DNA of 64,000 nt from an uncultured Eubacteriales bacterium (GCA_964551995.1 CAZKFD010000004.1:45762-109761), one strand, 5' to 3'. Numbered from the stretch's first letter, positions 27,239-37,216 are shown. Program-made: numbers and translations. Notes: generated from the sequence alone by a model not told the origin.

Positions 27239-27873
27239 CGAAGGCCCTTCGCTCGTTTCCTTTCCTCCTCGTGCTGGGCGTTTCCTCGTGCGCCCCGCCG
27301 CCGAAGACCGTCCCTTCCGTGTTTCCGCCCGGGGGGGCCGAGGTCGGCCTCGCTTCGTGGTACGGGCCCGGCTTCCACGGGCGTCCGACCTCCAGTAGCG
27401 AGATCTACAACATGCACGACATGACGGCCGCCCACCCGACGCTGCCGTTCGGGACCTGGGTCATGGTGACGAACCTCGAAAACGACCGGACCGCCGTCCT
27501 CCGCATCAACGACCGCGGCCCCTTCGTCAAGGGGCGGATTATCGACCTCTCCCGAGCGGCCGCGAGCGTCCTGGGCATGATCGGGCCCGGCACCGCCCGC
27601 GTCCGCCTGGAAGTCCTGGCGGGCTATCATGAGTCGGCTTCGTCGCCGCCGCGCTTCTTGGCCCAGGTCGGGTCATTCTCCATCCAGGAGAATGCCTATG
27701 CCCTGAAGAGGCGGCTCGAGCCCCGTTATGAGAATGTCGTCGTCGAGACCTACCGGACGCCGAGCCGGGCCTATTACCGGGTCCGTATCATAGCCCGAAG
27801 CCGGGAGGCGGCCCTCCTCGCGGCCCGCCGCTTGGCCGGCGAAGGCCTGCCGGTCATCGTCCTGGAGGAATAA
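27235..27873 (+). CDS. rlpA: Septal ring lytic transglycosylase RlpA-family lipoprotein with SPOR domain
   Basis: Lipobox VSSC; ASWYG..FHG, TAAHPTLPFGT, INDRGPF, IIDLS; C-terminal QVGSF...YRVRI. Confidence 0.92.
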   Translation: MTKALRSFPFLLVLGVSSCAPPPKTVPSVFPPGGAEVGLASWYGPGFHGRPTSSSEIYNMHDMTAAHPTLPFGTWVMVTNLENDRTAVLRINDRGPFVKGRIIDLSRAAASVLGMIGPGTARVRLEVLAGYHESASSPPRFLAQVGSFSIQENAYALKRRLEPRYENVVVETYRTPSRAYYRVRIIARSREAALLAARRLAGEGLPVIVLEE

Positions 27874-27896
27874 GGCAGCGTCCCTGAGGCTGCTTT
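27872..27896 (+). terminator. Possible intrinsic terminator after rlpA
   Basis: AAGGCAGC...GCTGCTTT stem directly after the stop codon. Confidence 0.35.
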
Positions 27897-27899
27897 GCA

Positions 27900-28091
27900 A
27901 GCCGTCGTGAACGGCGTACTTTCCCCCTTCGGTGATTCCCGCCGAGCCGCCTACCAGGCCCGGAGCGGCCGCCGGCCGGCGAAGAAGCCAGCGGCCGCGC
28001 CGCGGCTTCCAGTCCGCCCGCGGCGAGGATCGACGAGGCGCCGAATCCGACTCCCTTCTTAATGACATCCCGTCGCGGATAATTCGGCCAT
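27900..28091 (-). pseudogene. Frameshifted remnant of a gene with a twin-arginine (Tat) signal peptide
   Basis: AAGGAG RBS plus ATG GCC GAA TTA TCC. After one extra base the sequence reads RRDVIKKGVGFGASSILAAGGLEAAA; that frame has no start codon of its own. The left boundary is approximate. Confidence 0.45.
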
Positions 28092-28175
28092 TCGTCTCGT
28101 GCTCCTTTCCTGCCGGATGGTTCTGCCGGCTAAAAATAGCGGATGTTACGAAGGGACGCAACGAGGGCCTGTCGA

Positions 28176-28204
28176 TTGACATCCCCGGACGCGCCTCCTA
28201 TGAT
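28176..28204 (+). promoter_or_regulatory. sigma70 promoter (TTGACA-17-TATGAT) for the MFS transporter
   Basis: Near-consensus hexamers at 17-bp spacing. Confidence 0.7.
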
Positions 28205-28228
28205 AAGAATCTTTATGATCATGATGAG

Positions 28229-29401
28229 ATGACAAACCGGATCCTCGTTTCCGCCTCCGTCTTTCACGCGCTCAACGACGCGACGACCGTCGTCGTCCCC
28301 ATGGTCTTCCCTCTACTTTACGGACAGAGCCGGCTCATCACGAGCTATTCCCAGATCGGATGGTTGTCCAACGCGGGCCTCTTCGCGACGCTGGTTGCCC
28401 AGTTCCTGATCGTCAAGATCTCTGTCCATGTCGAATACAAATCCCTCATGCTCCTGAGCATGCTGGGGATCTGCCTGTCACTCGCCTGCGTTCCGCTTGC
28501 CTCGTCGTTTCTGTCCCTGCTCCTCTTTTTCGTGTTCATGCGGGCCGTCACGGGCTTCTATCACCCGGTGATGATCGCCTGGATCGCCCGATCGCAGCCC
28601 GTCCGCTCTTTGGACCAGGCCATGGGTGTCCAGTCGGGCTCCGGGAATATGGGCGTGCTCCTGGCCTTTCTCTCGGTGGGCTACCTGGCCCAAAAATGGA
28701 ACTGGAAGACGCCGCTTGCAGCCTGGTCGGTCTTCGGGCTCGTCCTGGGTTCCCTCGGCGTAATGGCCATCCGGAGCGTCTCTTCAAAGACGGACGCCAG
28801 ACCATCGCTACACGTCTCCTCTTGGCTACGCATCCTGTCCCAGGTCCGGACTCTCATCCCCGGTTTCGTCTTCGGCGGCTTCGGCTGGACCGTGGTCGTT
28901 TTTTACGCCCCCTCCTTGCTCAACCATCAGTTCGACGTCCCCATGGGCCGGACGGGTCTCTATCTGTCTCTGTGGATCGCGCTGGGGACGGTCTCAGGGT
29001 ACGCCTACGGCTTCCTGAGCCGCTGTCTGGGGCGGCGGGTCGTGTTCCTGATGAGCATCGGCATGGGGGCTTTGAGCCTGACGGCCATGGGCCTCGCTCC
29101 GGGCCGGACCATGGCCGTGGCGGGACTGCTGGCTTTCGGCATCTTTCTTTTGATTACCTATCCCTCGCTCCACACGCTGGTGGGAAGCAGCGTCCCGCAC
29201 GGAGACAAGACCCAGGCGTTCAGCTGGGTGGCGAACGTCCAGATGGTGGCCGGGGCCGCGGTGGCCCTGGCGGCCGGGTTCCTCTCGGACCGCTTCGGGA
29301 TCCGCGCCCCCTTCGTACTTTCCGCGGCGCTGGCGGGCGCCTGTTTCCTATTTTATGTGTTTGCCCGGTTTCCCGAACCCGGGGCGGCGGAATCCCTCTG
29401 A
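28229..29401 (+). CDS. MFS transporter (Fsr-like)
   Basis: About 12 TM; HALND, GFYHP, GFLSRCLGRR, AGFLSDRFG. Confidence 0.85.
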   Translation: MTNRILVSASVFHALNDATTVVVPMVFPLLYGQSRLITSYSQIGWLSNAGLFATLVAQFLIVKISVHVEYKSLMLLSMLGICLSLACVPLASSFLSLLLFFVFMRAVTGFYHPVMIAWIARSQPVRSLDQAMGVQSGSGNMGVLLAFLSVGYLAQKWNWKTPLAAWSVFGLVLGSLGVMAIRSVSSKTDARPSLHVSSWLRILSQVRTLIPGFVFGGFGWTVVVFYAPSLLNHQFDVPMGRTGLYLSLWIALGTVSGYAYGFLSRCLGRRVVFLMSIGMGALSLTAMGLAPGRTMAVAGLLAFGIFLLITYPSLHTLVGSSVPHGDKTQAFSWVANVQMVAGAAVALAAGFLSDRFGIRAPFVLSAALAGACFLFYVFARFPEPGAAESL

Positions 29402-29455
29402 GCAGCGCTCTCCCTGCGGCCGCGTGAGGCTCCCCCGCCCGGGCCGAAGGGCCTC

Positions 29456-31816
29456 TCACTTTTCGAGGTTTTCGAGAAGTTGAACGAGGACGGTATGGTC
29501 TCCTTCGGGGACCCCGAACCGCGGGGAATCGCCCTTGAAGATGTCGACCTCTCGGCCGTCGACGAGGACCTGGTACTTCCCCTTGGTCAGAAGGTGCAGC
29601 CGGATCGTGCGCTTCCTCAGGGTCTTGATCTCAAAGGAGACCTGGGATTCGTTGTACAGGAAATGGCGGAATACGGCCCCTCCGTCCGCCCACACCAGCT
29701 CCTCCTCCTCTTCCCGGAGGGCCGTCGCCGAGTTGGAGACCTTGACCTCGTACTGGCGGCCCTGGATGGACGCACGGGACAGCGTTCCTCCGGTTTCGGG
29801 CTTGAGCACGCCAAAACGGAAGCCTTCCCAGGGAGTGAAGTCCAGGTATTCCTCGATGGCGGTCAGGGCGAAGAGCGGCCCCCAGCTCTGATAGCGCTGC
29901 CCCCCCGCCTCCCCGGTCAGCGAATCGAAGTTCTCTGGACAGAGGCCGAAATTCGTCCATGTCCGGAGGAACATCTCCGAGCTTTTCTTCGCGAACTCCG
30001 AGGCGACGGCGTCGAATCCATAGGCTTTGAGGCCCTGATAGATCAAATAGTTCGTCGGAGGCCAGATGGTCCCCCGCCAGTATTGCTGGTTCTCCGGCCG
30101 GAATGCCGGGTCGTCCCGCGAGATCGAGGGGACGACATAGTCCCCCCAGAATTGCTTGGGGTCGAGGAGATGCTCGAGCATGCGCTGCGCCTTTGCGATG
30201 TCGGGGATGCGGGCGATCAGGGGGAAGAAGCCGGAGGCAGCCTTGTGGATGGAAAATCGGCCGTCCCAATAACGGTCGAAGTAGAAGCCTTCCTTCTCGT
30301 TCCAGAGCTGGCTATTGACGAGGGCCTTCATCCTTTCGTATTCGGCCAGGTACTCATCCGAATCATGGTTCAAACCCAGTATGGAGGCGATCTGGGACAG
30401 GCACCACGAGTCCAGCGCGTAAAGGGAGTTGAGGTCGACACAGCCCATCATCAATGTTCCGGCCTCTTCGCTGAAGGGAGCGTCGTCCCAATTGGGCAGA
30501 TCGTCCTGGCCGGATTCCCAGGCGGCCCGGATCTTCCCCGGCGCATTCTTTTCCCAGGATGGGGCCTCCTTGGCAACGAGGTCGCTGTCCGATCCCCACT
30601 CGAGCAGGCCGTCGCCGTTCCCGTCGCGGCGGATGAAACCGTCCGGCTTGCGCGCCGTCCAGAAGCTGTGCCAGGCCCGGAGATGCGGATAGGCGAAGCG
30701 GAGGAGATCCATACCCCCGAGCTTTTGGAAGAGCTTGAGGACGACGTACGCTCCGACAGGAGGTTCGGAGCGGTCCGGCGTTCCCCCGAAGCGGCCGCGC
30801 CAGTTGGGGATGTTCCCGTTTGGGTACTGAGTTTCAAGGACCGCCTGGACCGCGTCGATGGCCAGTTTTGAACCCTCGACGGAAAGCTCCAAGCTGTTGA
30901 GAAAGGAGTCCCATTCGAAAATTGTCCAGTCGTCCTGGCCCCCGCCGGGCTTGGGGAACACCCACCCCCGTCCCGCCGGAGTGTACAGCCGGTCTTTTCC
31001 GGCCTGATAGAGGACCATCCAGTGAATGTTGTTGGTGAGAGCTTCGGCTGCGCCCTCGTGAAGGCCGCGGACCCTGACCCTCTTCTGCTCATACACGCGG
31101 CCCTCTTCGTCGATGATGTCGTCGATGGCGCTTTCGTTCTTGTAGCGGTAGATCCGGGTGGCGACCGTCCGGCTGTCTTCGCCGGCTCCGGCCACAAAGA
31201 AGATGTCCCGACCTTCGGAGGACGAAAACGTCGTCGCCAGGCGCCCCGCGGCGGCGGGAGCGGGTCGTCCCGGCCGGCTCGTCCAGAAGAGGTAATGTTC
31301 TGTCCGGGACCTGCCGCCGGTCCCCTGCACCTGGCCGTCGGGCAGCTGCCGGTATTCGCCGGAGAAATCCCACGGGAAGTAATGCTCGATCGTTAGTTGG
31401 ATGTTGTTCGGGCAGAGGATCCGGCCGACGACGGTCGTCTCATCGCGGCGGGACCATTCGAGCGTCAGGACCTGCTTTTTGGGGGGCGGCTTGAGCAGGA
31501 TCGGAGTGTCTCCCCCCTTCTTGAACGGAAGGCCGAGGTCGAACCGGACGCGGGCGTACTGCCCGTCGGGAGACTGGGGCCCGACTTCCGACACGAGGTA
31601 GAAGAAATCGCTCCCCTCGGCCGTCTGTCCCCCTTTTTCGACTTTGAGGACGAAGGCAAAGGCCGCGTCCCTGTTGAGAACGATGACGATCCCCGGCCAG
31701 GAAGGTCCGTGAAGGGCCCCGATATAAACGCCCTTCCAGGGATAAAAAATCTCCGCCCGCTGACACGGAGCGAGCATCAGGAGGAAGAGGAGAGCCAGAG
31801 CGCTTCTTTTTTTCAT
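29456..31816 (-). CDS. Secreted (alpha/alpha)6 glycoside hydrolase, GH63/MGH1/trehalase-like
   Basis: Signal peptide; FEWDSF, PDRSEPP, WESGQDD, VDLNS, YWRGTIWPPTNY, PENFD. Confidence 0.8.
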   Translation of the reverse strand: MKKRSALALLFLLMLAPCQRAEIFYPWKGVYIGALHGPSWPGIVIVLNRDAAFAFVLKVEKGGQTAEGSDFFYLVSEVGPQSPDGQYARVRFDLGLPFKKGGDTPILLKPPPKKQVLTLEWSRRDETTVVGRILCPNNIQLTIEHYFPWDFSGEYRQLPDGQVQGTGGRSRTEHYLFWTSRPGRPAPAAAGRLATTFSSSEGRDIFFVAGAGEDSRTVATRIYRYKNESAIDDIIDEEGRVYEQKRVRVRGLHEGAAEALTNNIHWMVLYQAGKDRLYTPAGRGWVFPKPGGGQDDWTIFEWDSFLNSLELSVEGSKLAIDAVQAVLETQYPNGNIPNWRGRFGGTPDRSEPPVGAYVVLKLFQKLGGMDLLRFAYPHLRAWHSFWTARKPDGFIRRDGNGDGLLEWGSDSDLVAKEAPSWEKNAPGKIRAAWESGQDDLPNWDDAPFSEEAGTLMMGCVDLNSLYALDSWCLSQIASILGLNHDSDEYLAEYERMKALVNSQLWNEKEGFYFDRYWDGRFSIHKAASGFFPLIARIPDIAKAQRMLEHLLDPKQFWGDYVVPSISRDDPAFRPENQQYWRGTIWPPTNYLIYQGLKAYGFDAVASEFAKKSSEMFLRTWTNFGLCPENFDSLTGEAGGQRYQSWGPLFALTAIEEYLDFTPWEGFRFGVLKPETGGTLSRASIQGRQYEVKVSNSATALREEEEELVWADGGAVFRHFLYNESQVSFEIKTLRKRTIRLHLLTKGKYQVLVDGREVDIFKGDSPRFGVPEGDHTVLVQLLENLEK

Positions 31817-31973
31817 CGCCGGAGGTTCGGTCCTTTCAGGCTCCCCGTTTAATGTATGGGAAAGCGGAGGCGAAATCAAGCGCCGCAGCCACGGTCCCGG
31901 GCGGAAAGAATCGGGATGAATTTATTCCCCGGCTGTGATAAATTAGAGTTCCACGGCGCGCCTGGAGAAGACC

Positions 31974-33104
31974 ATGGATTACAGACTCTATTTCCGCTCC
32001 CGGCAGGGAGAGATGATCCACCTACTCAAACAGGTCACGGCTCTGGAATCGCCCACCGACGACAAGAAAGCCGTCGACGCCTGCACGGCCTTTCTCGCCA
32101 AGGAGTTCAAGAGAATCGGGGGCAAGGTCACGACCCTGCCGCAGAAAGACATCGGTGACCTGACCGTCGTCGAATACGCCCCCGGCCGGGCCAAGGACGC
32201 CGATGACGAGGTGCTCGTCCTGACCCACGTCGATACCGTGTGGCCCGTGGGGAAGATCGCGAAGATGCCGTTTTATGTTTCGGGCGACAAGCTCTATGGC
32301 CCCGGGGTCCTCGACATGAAGGCCGGCCTCGTCATGCTCGTGTTCGCCCTGGCCACCCTGCGCAACCTGAACCTCAAGCCTCGGAAAAGGATCAACGTGT
32401 TCATCAATAGCGCCGAGGAGACTGGCTATCCGACGGCGAACGAGGCGATCCGCCGGATGGCCAAGAAAGCCTCTCATGTCCTTTGCTTGGAGCCGGCGCT
32501 CCCGGGCGGAGCCCTCAAGCTCGAGCGCAAGGGGCGTCTCGTCGTCCGGTTGGACGCCCGGGGCCGAGCCGCCCACGGAGGGACCCCGGAAAAAGGTGTC
32601 AACGCGATCGAGGAGCTGGCGGCGCAGCTCCAGCACGTGAAAAGGCTGAGGACTGGGGAAACGACGATCAACATCGGCCTTGTCGGCGGCGGAGAGAAGG
32701 TCAATATCGTTGCCGACCACGCCTGGGCGGTCTTGGATATCCGGTTCTGGAAAGTCAGGGACCGGGAGAAGATCCTGAGCGCGCTCAAGAACCTGAAGCC
32801 CGTCCTCCGCTCGTCGCGGCTGAAGTGCTCGGTCGAGAGCATGACGCCGCCGATGGAAAAGACGAAGGCCTCGCTGCGCCTCTTCGAGGAGGCCAGGGAG
32901 ATCGCCGCGTCCCTAGGCCTTTCCCTAAAAGGGGGCAAGTCGGGCGGCGGCTCCGACGCCTCGATCGCCGCCGGGCTGGGCATCCCGGCCCTAGACGGCC
33001 TTGGCCCTGACGGAGATGGGTTGCATGCAGAGAACGAGCATCTGCTCATCTCCTCCTTCGTCGAACGGACGGCCCTTCTGACCCGGTTGCTGGCGGGCCT
33101 GTGA
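31974..33104 (+). CDS. M20-family metallopeptidase (glutamate carboxypeptidase-like)
   Basis: HVDTVW, GPGVLDMKAG, SAEETG, LEP, GGGSDA, DGLG, LHAENE. Confidence 0.9.
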   Translation: MDYRLYFRSRQGEMIHLLKQVTALESPTDDKKAVDACTAFLAKEFKRIGGKVTTLPQKDIGDLTVVEYAPGRAKDADDEVLVLTHVDTVWPVGKIAKMPFYVSGDKLYGPGVLDMKAGLVMLVFALATLRNLNLKPRKRINVFINSAEETGYPTANEAIRRMAKKASHVLCLEPALPGGALKLERKGRLVVRLDARGRAAHGGTPEKGVNAIEELAAQLQHVKRLRTGETTINIGLVGGGEKVNIVADHAWAVLDIRFWKVRDREKILSALKNLKPVLRSSRLKCSVESMTPPMEKTKASLRLFEEAREIAASLGLSLKGGKSGGGSDASIAAGLGIPALDGLGPDGDGLHAENEHLLISSFVERTALLTRLLAGL

Positions 33105-33212
33105 GCCCGCCGTCGAATATGCCGATGTGCGGAGACGGCTATGAAAAAGGCCAGGACAAACTGCCGCGTTATCGATGAATTGCCAATCATAATGATCTGA
33201 AGAGGAGGAATA

Positions 33213-34358
33213 ATGATCAAGAAGTATTATCTTCTCTCCCCGGGGCCGACACCCGTGCCGGAGAACGTCCTTTCCGCCGCGGCCGAGCCGATCATCCATC
33301 ACCGGACGCCCGAGTTCTCCAATATCTTCATGGAAACGACGGAGGGGCTCAAAATCGTCTTCGGCACGAAGGAGGATGTCTATATCCTGACGTCGTCGGG
33401 CACCGGGGCCATGGAGGCGGCCGTGGCGAACCTGCTCAGCCCCGGCGACAAGGTCCTGACGATCAATGCCGGAAAGTTCGGCGAGCGCTGGGGGAATATC
33501 TGCAAGGCCTACGGCGTTGCCCATAGAGAGATCGTCGTCGAGTGGGGCCGCGATTACACCAAGGAGCAGCTGGCGGCCGAGCTCAAAGCCATGCCGGACT
33601 GCAAGGCCGTTTTCTGCCAGCTCTCCGAGACCTCGACCGGGGCCGTCTTCGACGTCAAGGGGTTCGCCGAGGTGGTTTCCCCCACTGGTGCCGTCATCGT
33701 CGTCGACGGCATCTCGGGCACCGGGGCCACTCCCTGTCCGATGGACGAGTGGCACATCGATGCTATGGTGTCCGGGTCCCAGAAGTCGTTCATGATCCCG
33801 CCCGGCCTGGCCTATATCTCATTCGGCCCGAAAGCCTGGAAGCTGGCCGAGACAGCCCGGTGCCCGCGCTTCTATTTTGATCTGAAGAAAGCCCGCAAGA
33901 ACCTGGCCGACAAGACGACCCCCTGGACTCCGGCTGTTTCGCTGGTCATCCAGCAGAAGAAAGCCCTCGACATCATCAAGGTCATGGGCCTCGAGAAGCT
34001 CTACGGGCATCACCGGGTCCTCGGAGACGCCACTCGGGCGGGTGTGCGGGCCATGGGCCTCGAGCTTCTGGCGCAAAGGCCGGGAAACATCCTGACCGCC
34101 GTCAAGACGCCGGCTGGCATCGAGGGCGGGAAGATCGTCAAGACGATGCAGAGCAAGTACATGGCCTACATCGCTGGGGCCCAGGACCCCCACAAAGGCC
34201 AGTTCTTCCGCATCGCCCACCTCGGCTACATGGGAGGGTTCGATATCGTCACGGCCCTGTCCGCCCTGGAGATGACGCTCATGGATCTCGGCTTCAAGTT
34301 CGAGCCTGGAAGCGGCGTCAGGGCGGCCCAGGCGGTTCTCAAGGAGGCGTGGCAATGA
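33213..34358 (+). CDS. Class V PLP aminotransferase (serine-pyruvate/AGT-like; probable alternative phosphoserine aminotransferase)
   Basis: PGPTPVP, HHRTPEF, SSGTGAMEAA, ETSTG, VDGIS, SGSQKS; coupled to a serA-like gene. Confidence 0.88.
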   Translation: MIKKYYLLSPGPTPVPENVLSAAAEPIIHHRTPEFSNIFMETTEGLKIVFGTKEDVYILTSSGTGAMEAAVANLLSPGDKVLTINAGKFGERWGNICKAYGVAHREIVVEWGRDYTKEQLAAELKAMPDCKAVFCQLSETSTGAVFDVKGFAEVVSPTGAVIVVDGISGTGATPCPMDEWHIDAMVSGSQKSFMIPPGLAYISFGPKAWKLAETARCPRFYFDLKKARKNLADKTTPWTPAVSLVIQQKKALDIIKVMGLEKLYGHHRVLGDATRAGVRAMGLELLAQRPGNILTAVKTPAGIEGGKIVKTMQSKYMAYIAGAQDPHKGQFFRIAHLGYMGGFDIVTALSALEMTLMDLGFKFEPGSGVRAAQAVLKEAWQ

Positions 34359-35254
34359 TGAAGATCCTCATCGCCGATTCCATGGACAAGGAGGCCCTCG
34401 ACGAGATGAGGGCCGTCCCCGGCTTTGACGTTACGGTGAAGACCGGCCTGAGCGAGGCCGATCTCGTCAAAGTGATCCCCGGCTACCAGGCGATGGTCGT
34501 GCGGAGCGCGACAAAGGTCACCCGCCCGGTGATCGACGCAGCCCGCAACCTCAGGCTCATCGTCAGGGCCGGCATCGGGCTGGACAACATCGATACGGCG
34601 GCGGCCAAGGAAAAGGGCGTGGCCGTGGCGAACACGCCGGCCGCGACCTCCATCTCGGTCGCCGAGCACACGTTCGGGCTGATGCTGGGCGTCGTCCGCA
34701 ACCACGGCAAGGCCGTCCTGTCGATGAAACAGCACAAGTGGGAGAAGAAAACGCTTGAGGGGACCGAGCTCTTCGGCAAGACGCTGGGCATCGTGGGCTG
34801 CGGCCGCATCGGCCTCGAAGTCGCCCGCCGGGCCGTCGCCTTCGGGATGAAGATTTTGGTCTACGACGTCGTCCCGATCAAGACCGACCTCCCGGTCAAG
34901 CAGGTCGCGCTGGACGAGCTCCTGGCCGTCTCGGACGTGGTAACCGTCCACGTCCCCAAGCTGGCCAAGCCTGTCTTGAGCGAGGAGGAGTTCCGGAAGA
35001 TGAAAAACGGAGTCGTCGTCATCAACGCGGCCCGGGGCGGGGTTGTCGACGAGAAGGCCCTGCTCAAGGGCCTCAACTCCGGGAAGGTGCGCGGAGCGGC
35101 CCTGGACGTTTACGACAAAGAGCCGCCCGTTGATTTCGCGCTTGTCGATCATCCGAACGTGACCCCGACCCCTCATCTCGGCGCGTCGGCCATAGAGGGC
35201 CAGAAACGGGCCGGGCTCGAGGTCGTCCGGATCCTCAAAGAGAAGCTGGGGTAG
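34355..35254 (+). CDS. serA: D-3-phosphoglycerate dehydrogenase-like 2-hydroxyacid dehydrogenase (short form without ACT)
   Basis: VRSATKV, RAGIGLDNID, SVAEH, GCGRIG, INAARGG, ALDVY..EPP, TPHLGAS. Confidence 0.8.
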   Translation: MMKILIADSMDKEALDEMRAVPGFDVTVKTGLSEADLVKVIPGYQAMVVRSATKVTRPVIDAARNLRLIVRAGIGLDNIDTAAAKEKGVAVANTPAATSISVAEHTFGLMLGVVRNHGKAVLSMKQHKWEKKTLEGTELFGKTLGIVGCGRIGLEVARRAVAFGMKILVYDVVPIKTDLPVKQVALDELLAVSDVVTVHVPKLAKPVLSEEEFRKMKNGVVVINAARGGVVDEKALLKGLNSGKVRGAALDVYDKEPPVDFALVDHPNVTPTPHLGASAIEGQKRAGLEVVRILKEKLG

Positions 35255-35342
35255 GAACGTTCGGAACGAGACGCTGCGGAGCGGGTCCGCCAGCCGAAAA
35301 AACCGGGGAGAAAGGCCGGACACAAAACCCCCGGGGCCGGCG

Positions 35343-35371
35343 TTGGCCTCTCCGCCGTGATTTGGTAAAAT
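35343..35371 (+). promoter_or_regulatory. Promoter (TTGGCC-17-TAAAAT with extended TG) 6 nt before the iscS ATG; likely leaderless mRNA
   Basis: Hexamer spacing; no Shine-Dalgarno sequence. Confidence 0.55.
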
Positions 35372-35377
35372 AAATCC

Positions 35378-36532
35378 ATGATTTATCTCGATCATAACGC
35401 GACGACGCCGGTCGACCCGGCTGTCGCCGAGGCCATGGCCCGGTTCCTAAAGGACCATTTCGGGAACCCGTCTTCCCTTTATCCCATCGGCCGGCAGGTC
35501 AAGGAGCTCCTGAGCGGGGCTCGGGAGCGTGTGGCCTGTGCGATCGGCGCCTCGCGCGGCGAGATCTTCTTCACGGGCTCAGGAACCGAAGCCGACAACT
35601 TCGCCCTCTTCGGCGTCCTGAACGCCCTCCCGGAGCGCGACGAGCTCGTCGTCTCCTCCATTGAGCACCCGGCGATCATGGAGTCCGCCAGATATCTGGA
35701 GCGCCGGGGCGTCAAGGTGACCTATGTCCCTGTGGATTCCTTCGGAACGGTCGACCTCGACGCCCTCCGGGACGCTTTGACACCGCGCACGGCGCTCATT
35801 TCGGTCATGCACGCCAATAACGAGATCGGGACGATCCAGCCCATCGACAAGGTCGCCCGCATCGCCCGCGAGCGGGGCATCCCCGTCCATACCGACGCGG
35901 TCCAGTCCTTCGGCAAGATCGACGTCGATGTCGACAAGCTCGGCGTCGATCTCCTGACGGTCTCGGCCCACAAGATCTACGGGCCGAAGGGCGTCGGCGC
36001 GCTCTACATCCGGAAGGGGACGAACATCCATCCGTACATCCACGGCGGACACCAGGAACGGCGATTGAGGGCCGGGACGGAAAACACGGCCGGGATCGTC
36101 GGTTTCGGAGAGGCCGTCCGCGTCCTCGAGGAGAAGGGCAAGAAAGAGCGGGTCCGCATCGAGGGACTAGCGGAAACCCTGAAAGCGGGCATCGAAGCCA
36201 AGATCCCGAAAGTCCGCTTCAACGGCCACCCGGAGAAGCGGATCAAGAGCACGCTCAATTTCGCTTTTCCGGGACTCGAGGCGGAAGCCATCCTCCTCGC
36301 GCTGGCCACCAAGGAGATCTACGTCTCGACGGGGTCGGCGTGCAGCGAGGAATCCGAGGAAGTCTCCCATGTGCTCCTGGCCATCGGGCTGAAGCCGGAG
36401 ATCGCCCGCTCCGCCGTCCGGATGTCCCTCGGCCGGGCCAACACGGACGAGGATATCGCCGTCATTCTGCGGGAGCTTCCCGGGATCATCGACAAGCTGA
36501 GAAAGATCACGGCCTTCAACCCGGACGCCTGA
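35378..36532 (+). CDS. iscS: Cysteine desulfurase (IscS/NifS type)
   Basis: YLDHNATTP, GNPSS, IEHPA, ANNEIG, HTDAVQ, SAHKIYGPKG, RAGTEN, STGSAC. Confidence 0.93.
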   Translation: MIYLDHNATTPVDPAVAEAMARFLKDHFGNPSSLYPIGRQVKELLSGARERVACAIGASRGEIFFTGSGTEADNFALFGVLNALPERDELVVSSIEHPAIMESARYLERRGVKVTYVPVDSFGTVDLDALRDALTPRTALISVMHANNEIGTIQPIDKVARIARERGIPVHTDAVQSFGKIDVDVDKLGVDLLTVSAHKIYGPKGVGALYIRKGTNIHPYIHGGHQERRLRAGTENTAGIVGFGEAVRVLEEKGKKERVRIEGLAETLKAGIEAKIPKVRFNGHPEKRIKSTLNFAFPGLEAEAILLALATKEIYVSTGSACSEESEEVSHVLLAIGLKPEIARSAVRMSLGRANTDEDIAVILRELPGIIDKLRKITAFNPDA

Positions 36533-36560
36533 TCCGGGCCGGCCGCGTCCCCGCGCCGTT

Positions 36561-37103
36561 TCAATCCGGGCTTCCCCGGAGCTGCTCCAGGTAGAGTTTT
36601 CGGAGGTCAAGGAAGAACCGCCGGTAACTATCCTGACGGAAGTCCGGATAGGTCCAATCCAGGAACCTGAGATCCGTCCTCGTGAACAGCAGTTCGAGAT
36701 GGGCGTAGATTCCGTGGGCCAGGGGGATCCGGTGGGTAAAATCCTTGGCCGTGGCCATGATCAGTGCCGAAGCCGTGAGGATGCCGGGGTCGATGTTGAC
36801 GGCCCGGCCGGGCATTGCCGCGTCCTCGCGGATCCTGTCCTCGAGGCCGTTAGTCTGGAGCTTGATCCCTGCCAGCCTCTCGGGCATGACCAGGCGGGCG
36901 AAGGCCATGAACCGCCGCCTCAGTCCGGGCCCCATCTCGTCCTCATAATAATCCGTCGCATCGAAGGCGAAGGCCGGGCTTTCGAGGTCCGCCGGCCCGT
37001 AGTCTCCGACGAGCCGTTCCTTTGCCCGCTCGTAGAACGTGTCCCGGCCGAAAATGACGCCGCAGACGAGCTTGGCCGGAGTGAATGATCTGGGCTGCGC
37101 CAT
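36561..37103 (-). CDS. DUF4416-family protein
   Basis: TDYYEDEMG..L.R.F, NIDPG, ATAKDFTHRI, WTYPDF. Confidence 0.8.
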   Translation of the reverse strand: MAQPRSFTPAKLVCGVIFGRDTFYERAKERLVGDYGPADLESPAFAFDATDYYEDEMGPGLRRRFMAFARLVMPERLAGIKLQTNGLEDRIREDAAMPGRAVNIDPGILTASALIMATAKDFTHRIPLAHGIYAHLELLFTRTDLRFLDWTYPDFRQDSYRRFFLDLRKLYLEQLRGSPD

Positions 37104-37178
37104 GAGAGCGACTCTTGCTCCTTATATCACAAGCGGGGTCGTCCGGGAATCCCGTCGGTCCGAGCTTCGCGAGGAGAA

Positions 37179-37207
37179 TTGAATAAACAAGGGGATTTAC
37201 CTATAAT
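37179..37207 (+). promoter_or_regulatory. sigma70 promoter (TTGAAT-17-TATAAT) 9 nt before the asnS ATG
   Basis: Perfect -10 at 17-bp spacing; no SD. Confidence 0.65.
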
Positions 37208-37216
37208 TGGGCCATT

